Part shown: positions 59,373 through 64,000 of the stretch, one piece after another
Layout of the letters: each line of letters begins with the position of its first letter
Position numbering within the stretch: position 1 is the first letter of the stretch
Notes under the pieces: generated by a model
The model's database searches: none
Told to the model about the DNA's origin: nothing
Seen by the model: only the letters and a program-made list of their open reading frames with translations
Position numbers and translations under genes: made by a program
Source of the DNA: Paraspadella gotoi
Lineage: Eukaryota; Animalia; Chaetognatha
Direction of reading: 5' to 3'
Assembly: GCA_051294375.1 (NCBI GenBank)
Contig: CM119265.1
Coordinates: 6,829,489 to 6,893,488, forward strand
DNA: 64,000 nt

Positions 59373-61381
59373 ATGGCACGCGTTGAAGGATCCTTTGGGC
59401 GTTTGTCCTTCAGGATGCTCGCGATCGTCATCGCGCTTTTGGTGGCGCCGGGCGCGGGATCAGCTCTTCGAGTCAAAGATGAGAAAGATGCAGATCGGGC
59501 ATCGACGACGCCCGCTGTCGCGACTAAGGCTATCTCGGGTGCCGTGTCAAAGAAGCGCCGATGTTCACTGGAAAATGGGCCACTTGGACTGGATTCAACG
59601 ACTGATCTCTTTCTCAGAGTAATGATTGACTCGTATATAACGGGCCCCGATGGAAATCTGACCGTCCAGTCCTTTTTCCGAGTTCTGAACGTCGTTGCGG
59701 CTCGAGCGAAAGACGACGAATACCACCTCGACTCGAACCTTCACCTCTTGAAAACGTGCGAGTCAGAGCAGTCTTTTTTTTCCGAATTAGAATCTTTGAC
59801 CGTTTGCCTAAAAAATCAATGCTCAACACTGGAAGATCTCGTTAAAGCTGAGCCCGAGATATTATCCGAAGAGATCGTAGTTTGCTCGCTTTACCTTGCG
59901 GTGGAGGGGCGTTGCCGCTCCAAGAACGACAAAACGCGCGCCGAAGAAATGTATTCTGAACATAAGAAAATTCCCTGGCAACATAGTCTTGGATACGGAT
60001 CAGCCTTCACGTTCGTCATTGTTTTAGGTTCCCAGTTCGGTGGCCTGCTGTTTCCTTTTCGTCACAGTTTGGTTTACAAGATCTGCCTTACGTATTTGAT
60101 TGGATTAGCGGTGGGGACGTTGTCGGGTGGGGGCATTCTTCATCTCATGCCTCATACTTTTGGTATGGATGAATCTGAGGAAGGAGTGGAGTTTATTTTT
60201 CGTGCCTCGACTATTCTCGGGGGAATCTATTTGTTTTACATAGTAAGTACTATACTTTTAAATCGTATTCCTTTTCGCTTTGTACTCGCCGACAAAAAGG
60301 TTTCCGTCTCTTTTAGGTTGAGCGACTTCTGCGGGACTTGAATCAGTGGCGCAAAGAACGTCGTCGAATTCAAAGTGAACAATCCCGAATGCAGCAGCGT
60401 TGGGAGTTGAAGCAGGCGAATTTGAAGGTCGGTAACCGTGCTTCTACTAATGCCGAGCTGGGCCATGAGGGAACCTCCGTAGCAACACCATTATCCGTTG
60501 GTTTCGAGAACAATGTCACCGTAATACCTACTAAAGAAGCTACACCTTATAACGGTACTGTTGCCAAAACCGTTGACGTAGTTCAGTCCTCCGACGGAAA
60601 TGGCGCTCTTATCGGCGCCTCTACGCCGGTATCACCAATTTGCAATGCTGGGTTTCCAGGGGACGGGTCTCACGATTTTCTCATCCTTAAGAGAAATCTT
60701 GAGAGAGAAGAGAGTCTAGGAGCCGACTACAAATCTCACACGACCGCGGAAAACCAAGAGAAACAGCGACAACGCCGACGCTGTCCCTCGGAGACGCACG
60801 TGCAGAACGCGATGATGGAGGAAGAGAGCCACCGAGTACGTTTGCCTTCGCACACGCACGCGGAGGTCAACGACACGCAACACGAGGTTGGGGAGATCGC
60901 TCCCATCGCTTGGATCGTAATAATGGCGAAAGCATTCTCCTCTTTCATCGACGGGCTCTCCATGGGCGCCGCATTCACCGAATCAACGCTTACTGGCGTT
61001 AAAATCGCTATAGCCATCATTTGCGAGGAGTTTCCTCACGAGTTGGGCGACATCGCCATCCTGCTCAATTCGGGCATGAACTTTAAGCAGGCGCTTTTTT
61101 CCAACTTTTGCGCTGCAAGCCCGACATTCTTTGGCCTCTGCATCGGTATCGCCGTAGGCGAAAACACTGACGCCAACCCTTGGATCTTCGCTATTGCCGC
61201 TGGAATGTTTCTGTACATCGCGTTGGTTGACATGATACCTGAGCTCAACGCTTTGGGGCAGGACCTTGTCAGGTCCGGAATCAATCAGATTGTTGTATGC
61301 CTAATTCAGCACTTGGGGATGCTCTCCGGATTCGTTCTCATGCTCATTATGGCCATATACGGGAATGACATTAATGTTTGA
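59373..61381 (+). CDS. SLC39A14: SLC39/ZIP LIV-1 subfamily metal transporter (ZIP8/14-like); exons 59373-60242, 60317-61381
   Basis: Signal peptide, LAVGTLSG..ILHLMP, FIDGL..GAAF, CEEFPHELGD (EExPHE as in ZIP8/14), GMFLYIALVDM. Confidence 0.82.
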
Positions 61382-61806
61382 TACTTTTTTACATTTAACC
61401 CTCATATCAGATTTATTTTGATTAACTGCTTTTAACGCCGATAATACTTTAACTTCCGGCGTAACCGATAAATGTCTACCAAAGTACGGAATACACGGAT
61501 TTCAAATAGTAGTGAAATGAAAAGATTTGTTCTTACTCTTAACTGACTCAATATGATTGATATTTGATCATTTCATTAGTTAGAAAATTCCCTGACGTTT
61601 ATGTTCCTCTATTGCTAATTGATAATACTTTACAACATAAACACTGGTGTGCTTGCCTTCCAGCAGATTTTTTCGCAACATTTCTCCCCTCTTATTTGAT
61701 AGTTCTATTTTAAACTCATTGTGAAAAAATTGAGCCGAATATTTTATTTTTTTTAATATTGATTAGTTAGTATATCTAGGGAGCATGTACACTGTACATT
61801 GTATAG

Positions 61807-62316
61807 TAGGGTGAAGTGAAAGTTTGGAATCAAAATTTAGCAGTTATATCTTGAAAACTATCATATTAGTTAATACTAATCTGTAGTTTTTTTTATTTTT
61901 ATAAATAAGTAGCCCAGTCAGCTTATTTTGTGTATTGTATTACCCTTATATAATGTCAGAATTTTAAAATGTTTTTTTTTTTAATTCTGAGAACAGATTC
62001 AGATTCCTCGTAAAAAGTTGATAAAAGAAAATATAAATCATTTTCAAAAATTATGTCATTAAGTAGGTTAAAATTATAGAAAACTATATTTTTAAACCGG
62101 AAATTGAAAATCGGCGTCTTAAATATAGTTTTTTACTTTTTTAACCAACATGAAATAATTTTTAAGAAAGAATACTTTCTTATGTTAACTTTTGGCAAAG
62201 AATCTAAATCCGATCTTAAAATTAAAAAAATTGCAATTTGAAAGTTTATCCTATTATATACTTAATACTACAGGGTAGTGATTCAAAACTTAGAAAATCC
62301 GTATCACTTCATCTTT
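61807..62316. mobile_element. Diverged copy of the hAT-type foldback MITE
   Basis: Starts TAGGGTGAAGTGAAAGTT; interior AAAAAGTTGATAAAAGAAAATATAA...CATTAAGTAGG..AAAACTATATTTT matches 30740-30820. TSD not clear. Confidence 0.6.
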
Positions 62317-63640
62317 TTTTATTTTGTGACGCATTGGGTGCATTTAAAGAAAAAAATTTAATTGAAGATACTTAACCAGACCTTGACTATTAAAGCACTG
62401 CTACAAAAACCACTCCTGCCACAGCACCCAAAAGAATCACAGCTGCTCTTCATAAACGCTTCTGAAAGATTGAGCCACAGAGACGGTTTACCATATGCAA
62501 TGGATATTTTGGTTGAAAGTTATATGGGTCTCCCCCTTTAAAACGCCTTACTTAGCACAGTTTAAGGGAATTCGATGTGGATATTATCAGACCCGAAAAT
62601 CATTCAGTCAAAAATTAAAATGTTGCTGCAGCTGAAATCTTTATTTTTTTCAGCTGTATACAACAATGCCCTTGTTCAGCCATGCATAATAACCCCAAGA
62701 GTATTGTCTCTTTATACATGTCAAGAAATGGAATCTCCGAACAATATAGTAGACTGCAGCAATGGACTTTTGCCTAATAGCAAAAATATAAGGAAGTATT
62801 TAACGTTCATCTGATGCTGAAGTACAGTGCATTCAGCTATTTACTTGATATTTTATACAGAGAGTCCCAACTACATTAGTAATTGATTTCATAAGCTCAC
62901 AGAGATGGCACTCAACCAGAGAGGCTGCTGATACAGTGTGAACTTAAGAAAAAAAATTTTTACACCATCTTAGAATAGCTTTTATTTATTAAGGTTAAAA
63001 TAGGTCTTGTTAAACTGTGACAGTTAAATGGCCATAGGATAGTAAAGATAAGATGTCCTAGTAAATATTTCTAAATGGAGTTCTTCATTTGCTCTCTTTA
63101 GAATTTTCCTTTTAGCATAGAAATTAGCTATTAGCGAGCATATTGTTGGTTTTGAGTATGCTGCAATTGCTACCTGCAGCATCCTTATAAATCGCCTTAT
63201 TAGGCTCGGGCTTGAGCGCACGATTTCCCGACTTAGAATAGTAGTTATTCCTTTTTTTAATAGCCTTTTTAATAATATAACATACTGATAGGGAACCCTA
63301 ACATATTTATTAGTGGTTTTAAGCTCTAAACCGGCGTAGAGCAAATTCAACCAATGTTGCATTCTTTTTAGTAGCGCAGCGTATTGTAAGAGCATGAGAA
63401 AAATAAAACTTATATTAGAAACAGAAAACATCAGTAATTATTTTAGTGTATTATAAAAATCCATGAAGGGTATAGGTTCCCAACTGATGACCTTCCCATT
63501 GTATAAACATAAAAGATAAAAAATATTCAAAAAAGAAATAATTAAAAAATAGGATAAAGAAAAAATAAAATTTTCATTAAATTATTTTAAAATTATATTT
63601 ATGACATAAAGGTGCCCCTATAGACTTTTCCCCAGTATGA

Positions 63641-63905
63641 ATCCCTATCAGAACATACAATTCTACATGGTAGTCTTATCCCTATTGGTAAAAAAATCAT
63701 ATATAACGTTGGTCCCTCAAAAAATTATCCATTCCCACCCCTTTCTGTTCAGCCTCTTAGATATTATGATTTTTCATTAATGACTTTCTAACAGAAATGA
63801 TGTATGATATCTATTAGAAAACTAGGACAGATAGTAATCTAACCTTGTGTTGTATAGATGCTCCCTCTATTTCCAGAAGACAACACTGACTTCCCCTTCC
63901 CAAAT
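63641..63905 (+). repeat. Interspersed repeat family B, contiguous copy (split copy at about 11775-11935 plus 12970-13080)
   Basis: ATCCCTATCAGAACATACA.TTCTAC, ATTATCCATTCCC, GATATCTATTAGAAAACT, TAATCTAACCTTGTGTTGT.TAGATGC.CCCTCTATTTCCAGAAG. Confidence 0.85.
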
Positions 63906-64000
63906 TAAATTATTAGATAAAACATTTTTAAAAAAGAAAGCAATAGATGTTTGAATAAATAATATAGATTAAATACTAAATTCTTCATAAAAATATTAAA

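Noticed and set aside
63-63431. Numerous minus-strand and alternative-frame ORFs of 60-190 aa
   Set aside because: They are shadows of GC-richer + strand exons or low-complexity AT-rich ORFs, with no recognisable motifs.
62330-63431. Possible decayed transposase, including the 135-aa minus-strand ORF
   Set aside because: No motif I can assign with confidence; needs a tBLASTx or HMM search.

Overview
Eukaryotic, almost certainly metazoan, genomic DNA with GC-richer exons and very AT-rich introns and intergenic DNA. I can build 22 protein-coding genes: DOCK9/10/11 (partial), PMPCB, NRBP, BUD31, p23/PTGES3, OVCA2, TRMT1L-like, ELP2, ATG4, BRIX1, ENTPD5/6, CRNKL1, IFT122, TM2D1, MBOAT7, EHD, a multi-Ig/FN3 surface protein, YIF1, a tetraspanin, a kelch protein, DUS4L and a ZIP transporter. 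All 22 lie on the + strand, several only 59-90 nt apart, and many have an unpaired 3' splice acceptor just upstream of the ATG. This suggests long operon-like polycistronic units resolved by spliced-leader trans-splicing (inference). Large introns and gaps carry Tc1/mariner-type and hAT-type MITEs and nested repeats. Three minimal type I hammerhead ribozyme motifs (Penelope-like/retrozyme type) are present, two inside long palindromes, plus two GC-rich structured ncRNA candidates, one of them intronic in IFT122. Gene identities come from recognised protein motifs; no database search was run and the organism cannot be named.
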